Positions 14,545 through 25,566 of a stretch of 64,000 bases of DNA are shown piece by piece. This stretch comes from Bugula neritina. Lineage: Eukaryota; Animalia; Bryozoa. The position numbers were made by a program, and so were the translations under genes. Positions within the stretch are counted from its first letter, which is position 1. Every line of letters begins with the position of its first letter. The DNA lies in assembly GCA_964035545.1 (NCBI GenBank), contig OZ037770.1:2884662-2948661 (forward strand). Direction: 5' to 3'. The notes under the pieces were generated by a model. It saw nothing but the letters and a program-made list of their open reading frames with translations, was not told where the DNA came from and did not search any database.

Positions 14545-17500
14545 CTAAGACTTCACAAAATATTACTTTAAATTTATTTTCAGCAATTCTGTTGTTCATT
14601 ACAGTCACCACTAAAGTAGAAGACACCTGTTAGCACCTGGCATCAATAGATTATTACAAGACCTTGCCTGTCACAGCCTGTCACCACGTTAGTCACCACC
14701 TGAGCTGACATAGACAATCTTCCACAACTACCTTACAGAAGTAAGTTTATATTTGAAAGAGACGTTTCTAATGCCTAATTTGAAAAGAATTTCTATTTTA
14801 CTCACTGCAATGGAACCCTTAGATTTTTCTTATGAATTTCATGCTTTGTTAGTTTTTCATTTTATATTATACAGTCACCACTCAACTAGAAGACACTTGC
14901 TAGCACCTGTCATAGGGGCATTACTACCAAAGTCTGCCGGTCACAGCCTCACCATCCAAGTACAATACTATAACAGCAAAGCACACACCTGCTTTCACCT
15001 GCCACAAAACTGAAATAGACATAGAAGTAAGTTGTTTTATTTTGTAAGTAGAAATTCTAATACCTTATATGATAACATTTCACAGCATAGTCAAATAAAT
15101 TTAACTACTGCTTCCAGGCTAAAGACATAAAAATGTATAAAAAATTTTGCTGCAATTTTTGCTTCTGTATCATTTCTTTTAATAACCAGTTGTGTTTTCA
15201 TTGCAAGTTTTTCTATAAAAATGATTGGAGAAACAAGCTATGGTGTAGTAATTGCTTTGCTTTTTACCAGATCATTTAAAGTATCTTTGGACCTAATATT
15301 ATTATTTTACAGCCACAATATTGCAATATCTAAAATTTACTGTTATTTAGACACTACCACAACAGAACCCACCTGCTATCACCTGTCACAAAGTTAACTC
15401 TACCTCAGCAGACATAGGCAATTCGCCTTTAATAATTTGAAGTAAGTTTCTTTAAAAAATGGAAATTCTAATATGTCTTATAGTAAGATTTCACAACTTA
15501 ATGAAATGAATGTTGCAATTGCTTAATCAAGCCAAAAAAAGAAATATCTCAAATGTCCAACTCTTTCAACAGATTATTAAAAAGGCAGCCTTGACCTTTA
15601 TTTAGTTTGAGTAAATATACTGCACATTTTGCTGCTAAGTCATTTTCCAGTAACTATTTAGGTTGTTATTACAAGTTTTTTTTATAAAACATGCTTATAT
15701 AGAAAGATCTATGGGGTTATAATCGTCTCACTTTGTAACTAATTATTTGAAGTTTCTTATAAAGAAAGAAGTTTTGCAGTGTAGCAATTATCTTGTTTTT
15801 AGCACACTATTTGAAGTGTCTCAGGTTTCTATGTGATATTTATTTATGCATTGCTGATGCTGTTAACTCTAAGCATTATCTTATTATTTAGACGCAACAA
15901 AACCCACCTGCTATCACCTGTCTCAAAGTCAATTACTGCTTGAACAAACACAGCTCTTCAATTATCCAGTAAGTTTCTCTCTTTTAATAGTTTAATATCC
16001 AATAATAAAACGTTACCATCTAGTTATTAGTGTGCTTAGTCCCTATTGATATGATGAAAGCAGTTAGTTGTATAAACATCAGGATTGTAGCCTAAACTTT
16101 CCATTTCCCTTGTCTATTCTGATATCAATCAAAAATTAAATTTTGATGAATGAAATATATGATTGGAAACACTTTTAACAGAGTTTTTCTTATGGGTGAA
16201 CTTTTACTTCTCAGTAATAGTCACTAAATACAGTTTCTATCATGAACAATAGACTCAGTATTGGAGAAACAAGCTATGGTGTAATAATTGTTTTGCTTTT
16301 TACCAGATCATTTGAATTATCTTTGGACTTTGTAATATTATTTTACAGTCACAATACTGCATTATCTACATATTAATTTGTTATTTAGACACTACCACAA
16401 CAGAATCCACCTGCTATCACCTGTCACAAAGTTGACTCTACCTCAGCTGACATAGACCATCCTCTTTCAATAATTCAAAGTAAGTTTATTTTAAGAATGG
16501 AATTCTAATATTTAATGATAAAAATTCACAGCTCAGTCTAATAAATTTGGCATCTACTTTTAAGCAAAAAAAATGAGAAAAGCTCAAATGTAAAACTATT
16601 TTATCAGATTATTAAAAATACTGCATTGACTTTTATTTAGTTTGAGTATATATAATTTTTCTCTGCTGACCTGCTGCGCATTTTGCTACTGTGTCATTTT
16701 CTAGTATTAACCAGTTAGGTTTTTATTACAAGTTTTTTTTATATAAAATATGCTTATAAAGAAGGCTTATATGTAGTTGCAGTTGTCTTACTTTTTACCA
16801 TTTAAAGCTTCTTAGCCTCCTGTATAATTAATTATATAATCACAATGCTGCTACTCTAAGCAAATATTCTAAGCAATATTCTAAAATTTAGACACTATAC
16901 CAGCAGAGAACTTACCTGCTCCCACCTGTCACAAAGTATATGACTGCCTGGCAAACAAAACAGCTCTTCAATTATTCAGTAAGTCTCTCTCTTTTGATAG
17001 TGTAATACCTAATAATAAAATGCTACAATCCAGTTAGTAGTTTCTTTTTAAGGTGACTAAATAATTAGTTGTAAAAATATCAGGCTTGTGGCATAAAATT
17101 TTCATTTTCGCTCGTTTAAGAAATGAAGGAAGTATGATTGGAAACACAATTAACTGACAGCGTTTTTTACTCATAACATAAAAACATGACATAATAATGA
17201 CTGAGGACAGTTTTTCTTATTCACAAAGGAACATATGCTGTTAAAACACACCTGAGCCAAGTCTTCAGAAATTACTCTTTAAAATTTGAATTATTTCAGC
17301 ATAATCAGTTGTGGACATACATTAGTGCACTCAACACTATTATTATTAGAAACCTATGGTTGCTATGATTTTGTTTACAAATACTTATACATATGTAAAC
17401 AATGCAAACACCAATTATATATGAGTGACTATTTGTTTGGCATTTGTTTCCTTTATATTAAACATATTTACTGACATCTCATATTATACTGCATAGTTTG

Positions 17501-18199
17501 AGTTTGCTGGTACAAAATGATTTTTGGTAAAAATGGCAGCTAAAAATAGCGCTAGTAATGCTGGCACAAGTGAAAATGGCACAAATGGAACAGTAGGTAA
17601 AAGTGGCACATTTTAATTATTGAGGTTTGGGGTGGGTGATTAGAGATTTAGAATGAGGGTTTAGGTTTGGGGTTTTAGTTTAGGGTTTGGGTAAATTTAA
17701 CATCAGTGTGTCATTTTGACCTACTTTTTCATTAGTGCCATTATCAGTTGTGCTGTTATTACCTGTGCCATTTTTTATGGTTTATACTATTTTAATGGCC
17801 AGCGGAAGTATAACCCCCCCTTCCCCCCCCCCGTGTCCCCTACAAAACATAATGAAATAGTTTATAACCAGAAACGGCAACTCTCAGTCATTCTGTCTCC
17901 ACATGCAGCATCACCATTAATTAAGGCGGCCAGGAAGGCGTGATCTTATTGCCAACCAATAAGGGGCAAGCTTTTGTATATAAACAGCACCTTCCACCGC
18001 CTATAGACACATTCCAATAGTACGAGTAGCTAACACTATAACCGAGTTGTTTGCTAAAAGAATGAATTTTGACAAAGTGTGTGATGGAAATGCGCAATTT
18101 AATGCACCGCTTGAATTTTGTTAAGAAGTTGAATTACTATTTATCTCTTTGCAGAGACATGTATAATAACTTACTCACTTATCTTGTAGACAGTAAGTA

Positions 18200-21100
18200 A
18201 TGGAGGGCTATAAAGACATTGGGAAGTTGGATGAGTTGACAGAGAAATACCAGAATGAGGCAAGAGATTCAAAGGGTGACTGGGTACCTTACCTTAAGGT
18301 GTGTATAGGTGACTGATTAGTGTATATACTTACTACTTGAGTCTCAAAATTGTTTGTGATAGGTATGTATAATGAATATAATGAATACTGTGGTATTTTA
18401 TTTAGGCTCATGGGTTGGCCAACAGATGTCTTGCCAGAGAATTCACAAAAGAAAGACAGCGTAAAGTCTATGATATAGAAGATAGCTGGTACAAAGGTAG
18501 GCATCCACTTACATATGAGGAACATGAGCAGCAAACAACCAAACACTTACAACTACTCAGAGATTACAGAGAAGAAAGTAAATATGAGTTTGACTCTATT
18601 GATACAAAGCATTTAAACCTTGACAGTTACCACCCAAATGATCAACTGTCTTCCTTTTCTGATACTGTATTTAAGCTAAGTCAAAAGTGTAGTAACCGAT
18701 TCATTTCAGTCTGTGCGTCCATTATGCAGTCAAGTGTTGATAATCTCAGTAAGTTAGGTTTGGAGGTTCCTTGTTCTTTTGCTGTGATTGCATTGGGTTC
18801 TGTTGCTCGTGGTACAGCCACTCCTTACTCTGACTTGGAATATGCTTTCATTGTGGAGTCTGACAGTCACATGGACTACTTTACTAAGCTAGCTGTTGAT
18901 AGTTACTTTAGGATAGGGAACATGGGAGAATCGCCCTTGAAAACCTTTGATATTACCGAAATAGACAAGCCCTACAATGACGACGTGACTGTTGGATTTC
19001 ACATTGATGGCATATCAAAGAAAGCAGGGAACATCCCTACTGGAAGAGGTGATGGTGCTAAGAACTTGATCCTGATGCCGCAGCAGTTAGCCGATGTGTA
19101 TAGGGAGGCGTTGTGTTCACCAGCTGGTGACACAGCAGATATTGGTGACATTCTCTCTTCTTCAGTGTTGGTTTATTCTCACAAAGGTGGTGATGGTCTT
19201 TATGAAACAGTGAAAGAAAGTTTTCATAATGTCTTAGCAGAAAAGAGCTCAAGCACATTGCTAATAGAGAAGCGATTGGCAGTGTTGGAATCTGATGTGA
19301 ATACGTATAACTTCCAACCTAGTTTTGAGTCATTTGGGCCTCCAGACAACACCCAGCTTGAGGTGAAGTCCAAATTATTTCGCTACCCAACACTTTTAGT
19401 TGATCATCTCCGAATGCTGTTAGGTTTCCCTGAAACAAAACCTGTTGCAGTAAATAAGAAACTGAAAGAATGTGGGTTTATAGATGATGCACAGTGTTTC
19501 AGACTAAACCTAGTGTCAGCTTTAGCTATATACATAAGAACAGCAGCTTGTATTCAGCTACAATCTCAACAAGATAAATTTTCACTGTATCCTGCAGCGA
19601 AATCAATCAGAAAAGTTTATTGCTTATCGCCTGATATTTTCATCCTGATGATCTATACAATTGTTCCTTTCAAATTGTGCATTGCCAAAAATTTGGTTTC
19701 ATTAACTGGCTTTGACACAACAGAAAAGGTTGATGTGATGAAGCATTTACTAAGCAATTTAAATGTGCAGAGTTCATCTTTTATGGTAAAAGCTGAAGCT
19801 GAGTACTTCTGTGGATCCTATGAACAGGCAATAAAAACTATTAAAACTAACTGTGGTGAAGAAATATTTGCTGAGATACCTGATTCATTTGCAAAGACTG
19901 TAAAAAAAACCGTCAACCAAAACAAATCAGAAACATCAAGGTTGTTGAGTAGGAGCTCAGAGGAAGTAAACACTTCTCAGCAACTTGTCGAACTGGCAGC
20001 CTATTTGTTATATTCTTCACAAAATTTCCAGCTTTCTTTAAAATATTTTACTTGGCTAGCAGAAAATTCTAAAGAAACTCCAATTGATGTGTTGAAGTGG
20101 AAGATTTTGGCCACAGATTGTGCTAACAAACTTCACAACTATACGGATGTATTTTCACTGCTTGGAGATGTTTACTCTACTCTAAAGACCAAGTTTAACA
20201 TGAGTAAAGGGGAAACTCTGTTCAGGTTTGTAAGAAAGATGTCTACAAGCTCTGAAGTTCCAGATGAAGACCAGCGATGGTTTGAAATCACTGCACAAGC
20301 TTTCAGAGTCCTCAGTGAAGCATGTAAAAACACAAAAAACTACGTACAAGCAGAGGAAATGGCCAATGCTGCGCTCACAGTTTTTGACAGGCTGCACTCA
20401 GTAGACAAACAGGAAAGACTTGATAGTCATTACATTGAGCTGATAGTATCATTAGCTTTAATACATTCAGAGAAAGGAGAGCATGGCAGAGGTATACAGT
20501 ATCTGAATCAGTACCTTGATGAGTTGATAGAGCTTCACACTGACTGTGTTGATCACCCAGATGTTGCAATACTACTGAGAGGGTTGGGACTAATTTATGA
20601 AAATATTGAAGACTATGAAATGTCTTTGCATTTCTATAGCAGAGCTTTGTCTATGACAGAGAACCTGTACACCACAACTCATCATGGCAGTGTTGCTCAG
20701 TGTTATAGAGATGTGGCAGCTCTGGAAGTCAAAAGGTCAAACTATGATGCAGCACTGAAGAATTATCAGACAGCTAGACACATATATGATAGCATAGAAG
20801 CAGGCAATCATGAAAAAGCTAGTCTACTGGTAGAAGTGGGACTCCTTTACAGTCTTATGGGAGATTATGACTCGGCCCTTTCAAGTCTCAAATCAGCTCT
20901 TCAGATTTCCCAGGCTACAGCAGAGACCACCCACATAGACATTGCAGACATACACTCTGCTTATGGTAGAGTATATAGTGAGATGGGAAAGGAAAAGCTT
21001 GCACTCAAATATCATGCAATGGCTTTAGAAATGACTAAAAACATATTTAATGAGATTAAGGACATCCCAATACTGGCCCAACTTCATGGAGAAATGGGGA

Positions 21101-22467
21101 AGTTTTCTATAGACTTAGGTACTAAGGCTAAACAATTGAATATAGAGAGAGCTAGTAGAGAGGTGAAAGGTGTTCATCCTGATATAGCTTCATGTTATCT
21201 CCAAGTTGGTGGAGTGTATCGAGATATGTGTCTTTATGATCAGGCTCTGCTTTATATGAACAGGTCATGTGACATGTATATTGCTGTACATGGGAAGACA
21301 AATCATGTAGATATAGCTCGTGCTTATAGTGAGCTTGGTACTGTGTATTACAGTATGGGTGAATATAGCAAGGCACTAGAATACTATACTAAGTCATTAG
21401 ATATGGAGCTAGCTATCTATGGCAGTGAGGCTACACATGCAGACATTGCTACTTCATATAACAATATTGGTCTTGTGTATAAGAGCATGGGTGAATATAG
21501 CAAGGCACTAGAATACCATACTAAGTCACTAGATATGTGCATAGCTATCTATGGCAGTGAGGCTACACATGCACACATTGCTACTTCATATAGCAATATT
21601 GGTCTTGTGTATGACAACATGGGTGAATATAGCAAGGCACTAGAATACCATACTAAGTCACTAGATATGTACATAGCTATCTATGGCAGTGAGGCTACAC
21701 ATGCAAGTATTGCTACTTCTTATAACAATATTGGTCTTGTGTATGACAACATGGGTGAATATAGCAAGGCACTAGAATACCATACTAAGTCACTAGATAT
21801 GTACATAGCTATCTATGGCAGTGAGGCTACACATGCAAGTATTGCTACTTCTTATAGCAATATTGGTAGTGTGTATAACAACATGGGTGAATATAGCAAG
21901 GCACTAGAATACCATACTAAGTCATTAGATATGGAGCTAGCTGTCTATGGCAGTGAGGCTACACATGCAGACATTGCTACTTCATATAGCAATATTGGTA
22001 GTGTGTATTACAACATGGGTGAATATAGCAAGGCACTAGAATACTATACTAAGTCATTAGATATGGAGCTAGTTGTCTATGGCAGTGAGGCTACACATTC
22101 AAGTATTGCTACTTCTTTTAACAATATTGGTAGAGTGTATGACAACATGAGTGAATATAGCAAGGCACTAGAATACCATACTAAGTCATTAGATATGATG
22201 CTAGCTGTCTATGGCAGTGAGGCTACACATGCAGACATTGCTACTTCTTATAATAATATTGGTTTTGTGTATACCCACATGAGTGAATATAGCAAGGCAC
22301 TAGAATACTATGAAAAGTGTCTAGTGATGGAGTTAGCTGTCTATGGCAGTGAGGCTACACATCCACACATTGCTAGTTCTTATAAACACATCAGTATTGC
22401 ATATAAGAAAATGGGTGAATATGGAAAAGCACAGGAGTACCAGCTGAAAGCAGATGCTATAAGCTGA
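18200..22467 (+). CDS. Nucleotidyltransferase (GlnD/DUF294-like pol-beta fold + helical substrate-binding domain) - TPR repeat protein, copy 1 (~1386 aa, 2 coding exons)
   Basis: Exon 18200-18298 (MEGYKDIG...VPYLK, GT donor) joins in frame to 18406-22467 (TTTAG acceptor; contains the 1350-aa ORF). NTase motif FAVIALGSVARGTATPYSDLEYAFIV (hGS-x9-D-h-E), then LEVKSKLFRYP helical domain, degenerate TPRs and a C-terminal 44-aa TPR array. Confidence 0.92.
21301..22440 (+). repeat. Coding tandem repeat, 132-bp unit (44-aa TPR), ~8.5 copies
   Basis: ATG(G/A)GTGAATAT recurs at 21355, 21487, 21619, 21751, 21883, 22015, 22147, 22279 and 22411, an exact 132-bp period. Confidence 0.97.
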
Positions 22468-23602
22468 GAAGCTGTTCTATATAAGATACCAGTATTTATA
22501 TACAGGACCTCCCACTCTGTGTGTTACTCATCTTCCTATTAACTAGACTCTAGTCTCCCTGTACAGAACTCAGACTACTCTCTGTACAGAACTCAGACTA
22601 CTCTCTCTACTATGACTCATCTCTAGAACATTCTGGTATTTTCTAGAAGCTACAGTCTCTCTGTTTCTATGCTCATGTTAATAATACACTCAGTTTACTC
22701 AGGTCAAGTCTATGACGTAGTGTTACAGTGACTCATAGTTCAAAGGTCATTTACCAGGTGTATTCCTGTATACAGTCTGTCTCAGAGGGTATATTGTGGT
22801 CTTTCTTTCTTCCTCTCCTTGTGAAATATCCAGCTCTAGTTTGTTAGTATATAAATGTTTCTTCTATAGTCAGAGTTTATTGGTTGTTTTTTCTCTCAAT
22901 TAAGTGGTCACAACTCCGGATTATCACTATAGACTCGCTATACATACATTTGTATACATTATGTTTGTATAAACTATATTTGTATATATTATATTTGTTT
23001 ATTTGATGATTGTATATTTTTTTGTTTGTGAAAACCACTTCACATCGCATTCAATAATGTGAATTCGATCATTTATATATTAGAACTTTTCACATTTTGC
23101 ATTCTTTATTTCACTATATGTTAAGCAGTAATGTGATTTAGTAGCAAATTTGTTTATTTATTACTGATTTCAATCAATTTTTGTTGAAAATTACTGTATA
23201 TTTTTCTGTAACCAATTGTTTATTTTATTGTAAATTTCTGCACATTCTATTGTAAATTGCTGTATATTTTGTATCATTTGTCATATTTGACAACAGGTTT
23301 TATTTACAATATTATACTTTTTCATTTATTCATTATTCCAGAATATATAAACTCAGAAACATATATTGACTATCATTTTCTCCCCCCCCTTATTTAATGC
23401 CCTATTCACTATTTTTATTGAAGAATATGCAAATTTAGAAACACATTTATTCTAGAGAATTCTTGCTTGAATATGCTCAGTACTAACTAGTTTTAATATA
23501 TAACTAAGGCTAGTTGTCATTGAAAGTTTGACTTTAATATTATTGGGAAACTTCATCACTACATAAGAGTAGAGAATATAAATCAGTGTAACTTCAGTAT
23601 AA

Positions 23603-23946
23603 GCCTAGGGCCACACGGCGCGTATTTTCGCATGCGAAAATTGAAATCACAAGTAGCAAAGGTGTCCACTGCGTGCGTTGAGAAAACATTCGCACTTGTC
23701 GCTCTGCATTTTCAACGCAAGTGCGAATCGTCTCTGTCGACGTCACCTAATTGGCTGGTAGTTTTTCGGCAAGCCCATTTTCTTTATTTTAGTGCTACAT
23801 TCCAGTAAATTGCGTTTTATTGAAAGCGAGTGCGATTTAAAAATGAAAGCTTTATTTATCACGCATCACTGACGCTACAGTGGACACTTTTGCTACTTGT
23901 GATTTCAATTTTCGCATGCGAAAATACGCACCGTTTGGCCCTAGGC
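23603..23946. mobile_element. PIF/Harbinger-type (Tourist-like) MITE
   Basis: ~70-bp TIR GCCTAGGGCCACACGG...CCGTTTGGCCCTAGGC with TAA TSD on both sides (23600-23602, 23947-23949). Confidence 0.88.
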
Positions 23947-24228
23947 TAATAGTCTATACATAGCGCTGAGACAGTCAACACACACATAAAATAAGATAAT
24001 TATCCAATCAACATCTACAATATGACTATCTCAGTATAACTGTTTCTCATTCAATTCTGACATTTCTGTTCTCTTCCTGTTTATTTTATCTCCTCTTCCT
24101 GTTTATTTTCTCTCCTCTTCCTGTTTATTTTCTCTCCTCTTTCTGTTTATTTTCTTCCCTTCTCCAAAGTCATTACATTATCTCACCTTGTCTCTAGATA
24201 TGGCTAAAGCAATACATGGTGACAATAC

Positions 24229-24580
24229 TGTAGTGAGTAGTGCAAGTACAAATACAGGAATCGCCCTCTCCCTACTCTTGGAATACTTAGACTCTTATGT
24301 AGCAACCAATTAGCAGCTCCGGAAGATATGCTTCCGATTCACGTGACACTTCCCGGGTTATTAACATTATATCACGTTGTTGTAAGCGGAGGCTTGTAGT
24401 AGTAACATGTGTTAGTAGTTGACTCTTGTATAGGATAATTTGATGTGATGTTTGGTTTATGCTTTATTGTGGATAATAAATATAATTACTCGACAGCTAC
24501 CTTAGTAATTGATAACAGAATAACCAGCTAACTATACGCAAGTAAATAACTCACGCTCAGTAATTGCACAAATTACTACA
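24229..24580 (+). repeat. 5' LTR of element 1
   Basis: Identical by eye to 29136-29487; TG...CA ends. Confidence 0.97.
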
Positions 24581-24581
24581 G

Positions 24582-24599
24582 TGGTGGCAGCGGTGGGAT
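24582..24599 (+). promoter_or_regulatory. Primer-binding site (tRNA-Leu)
   Basis: TGGTGGCAGCGGTGGGAT is complementary to the ...ATCCCACCGCTGCCA-CCA 3' end of animal tRNA-Leu and lies 1 nt after the LTR. Confidence 0.9.
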
Positions 24600-24615
24600 C
24601 TTGCGTATAGCAGTC

Positions 24616-25566
24616 ATGGCAGAAGACGGCACGGAGCTACCCATTCCACTGAATGAAGGTGAGAGAGATAATGTTGATATACCTATGGAACCAGTGGTGT
24701 TAGATGAAGAAGTGAGAATTCTTAAAGAGTATGGTGAAGACAGATACCGGATGAAGGCGCCCACCTTCGCAGGCGAAGAAGCAGTGGAGCAGTTTATCCA
24801 AATATTCCAAGATGTGATGGAGATTTCAGAGTGGCCGCCAAGGGTGGCGCTGCTCAAGCTCAGGATGGCGCTGACGGGCAAAGCTAAGCCGTACGGAGCG
24901 GGACCTGACATAGACGGAATCTTTGCTTCCCTGCGGGCCCGTTTTGGCATCTCTCCCATAGATGCGCGGGCCCGTCTACAGAGGATGCGGCGTGATCCTC
25001 ACACGTCACTAGAAGAGCACGCTGCCACGGTGTACCCACTAGCGCAGATTGCATTCCGCGATCTGCCTCCGGTACACCGTGAGAGGTATACTTATGATGC
25101 CTTCGTGCAGTCCATCAACGACTTGGGGCTCCACCATCAACTCCAAGCGAGGGGAGTCACCACAGTCGAAGATGCACTTGCGGTGGGAGAAGCCTACCTC
25201 TTGGCGACTCATATGCACCGCAACCGCGTGGCCTCCCGCCAGGTGACCACGGAGCACTCTACTGCTCACGCCGACTTAGACGCGGAACCCTCCGCGGTGG
25301 CTAATGTGAACCAGATGTCACTAGCGTCAAAAATCTCACAGATGACTGACATGCTAGATAAACTGGTCACCACATTAGCTTCCCCAAGCCAGGTAGATAC
25401 TGCCCGTGAGCCTAGCGGGCCGCAGGTACAATCACCAGGCATGGGGCACCACTTCTGCTGGGAATGCGGAAGGCCAGGACATTTCCAGAGAGACTGCCCT
25501 CAGCTCCCACAAGGGTTAAACTACCACGGCCCGCAGATGTTCCCACCTCCTGCGGGCCGTCTGTGA
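24616..25566 (+). CDS. gag: Gag (capsid + CCHC knuckle), element 1
   Basis: ATG at 24616; KAPTFAGEEAVEQFI; CWECGRPGHFQRDC zinc knuckle; colinear with element 2 gag. Confidence 0.92.
   Translation: MAEDGTELPIPLNEGERDNVDIPMEPVVLDEEVRILKEYGEDRYRMKAPTFAGEEAVEQFIQIFQDVMEISEWPPRVALLKLRMALTGKAKPYGAGPDIDGIFASLRARFGISPIDARARLQRMRRDPHTSLEEHAATVYPLAQIAFRDLPPVHRERYTYDAFVQSINDLGLHHQLQARGVTTVEDALAVGEAYLLATHMHRNRVASRQVTTEHSTAHADLDAEPSAVANVNQMSLASKISQMTDMLDKLVTTLASPSQVDTAREPSGPQVQSPGMGHHFCWECGRPGHFQRDCPQLPQGLNYHGPQMFPPPAGRL

Larger units (their letters stand above)
12316..16978 (+). other. Array of 8 duplicated exon-like non-coding modules with paired CACCTG core (putative 5'-UTR exons of NTase-TPR gene 1)
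   Basis: Modules at 12316-12461, 12581-12732, 14605-14740, 14875-15026, 15351-15441, 15892-15968, 16389-16479 and 16892-16978. Each starts after YAG, ends before GTRAGT and contains a CACCTGYTAKCACCTG-like core. Their lengths share no codon phase. Confidence 0.7.

Noticed and set aside
22468-22915. Possible solo LTR in the 3' UTR of gene 1 (short direct repeats, CTAGAA motifs)
   Set aside because: No matching TSD or second copy is visible.
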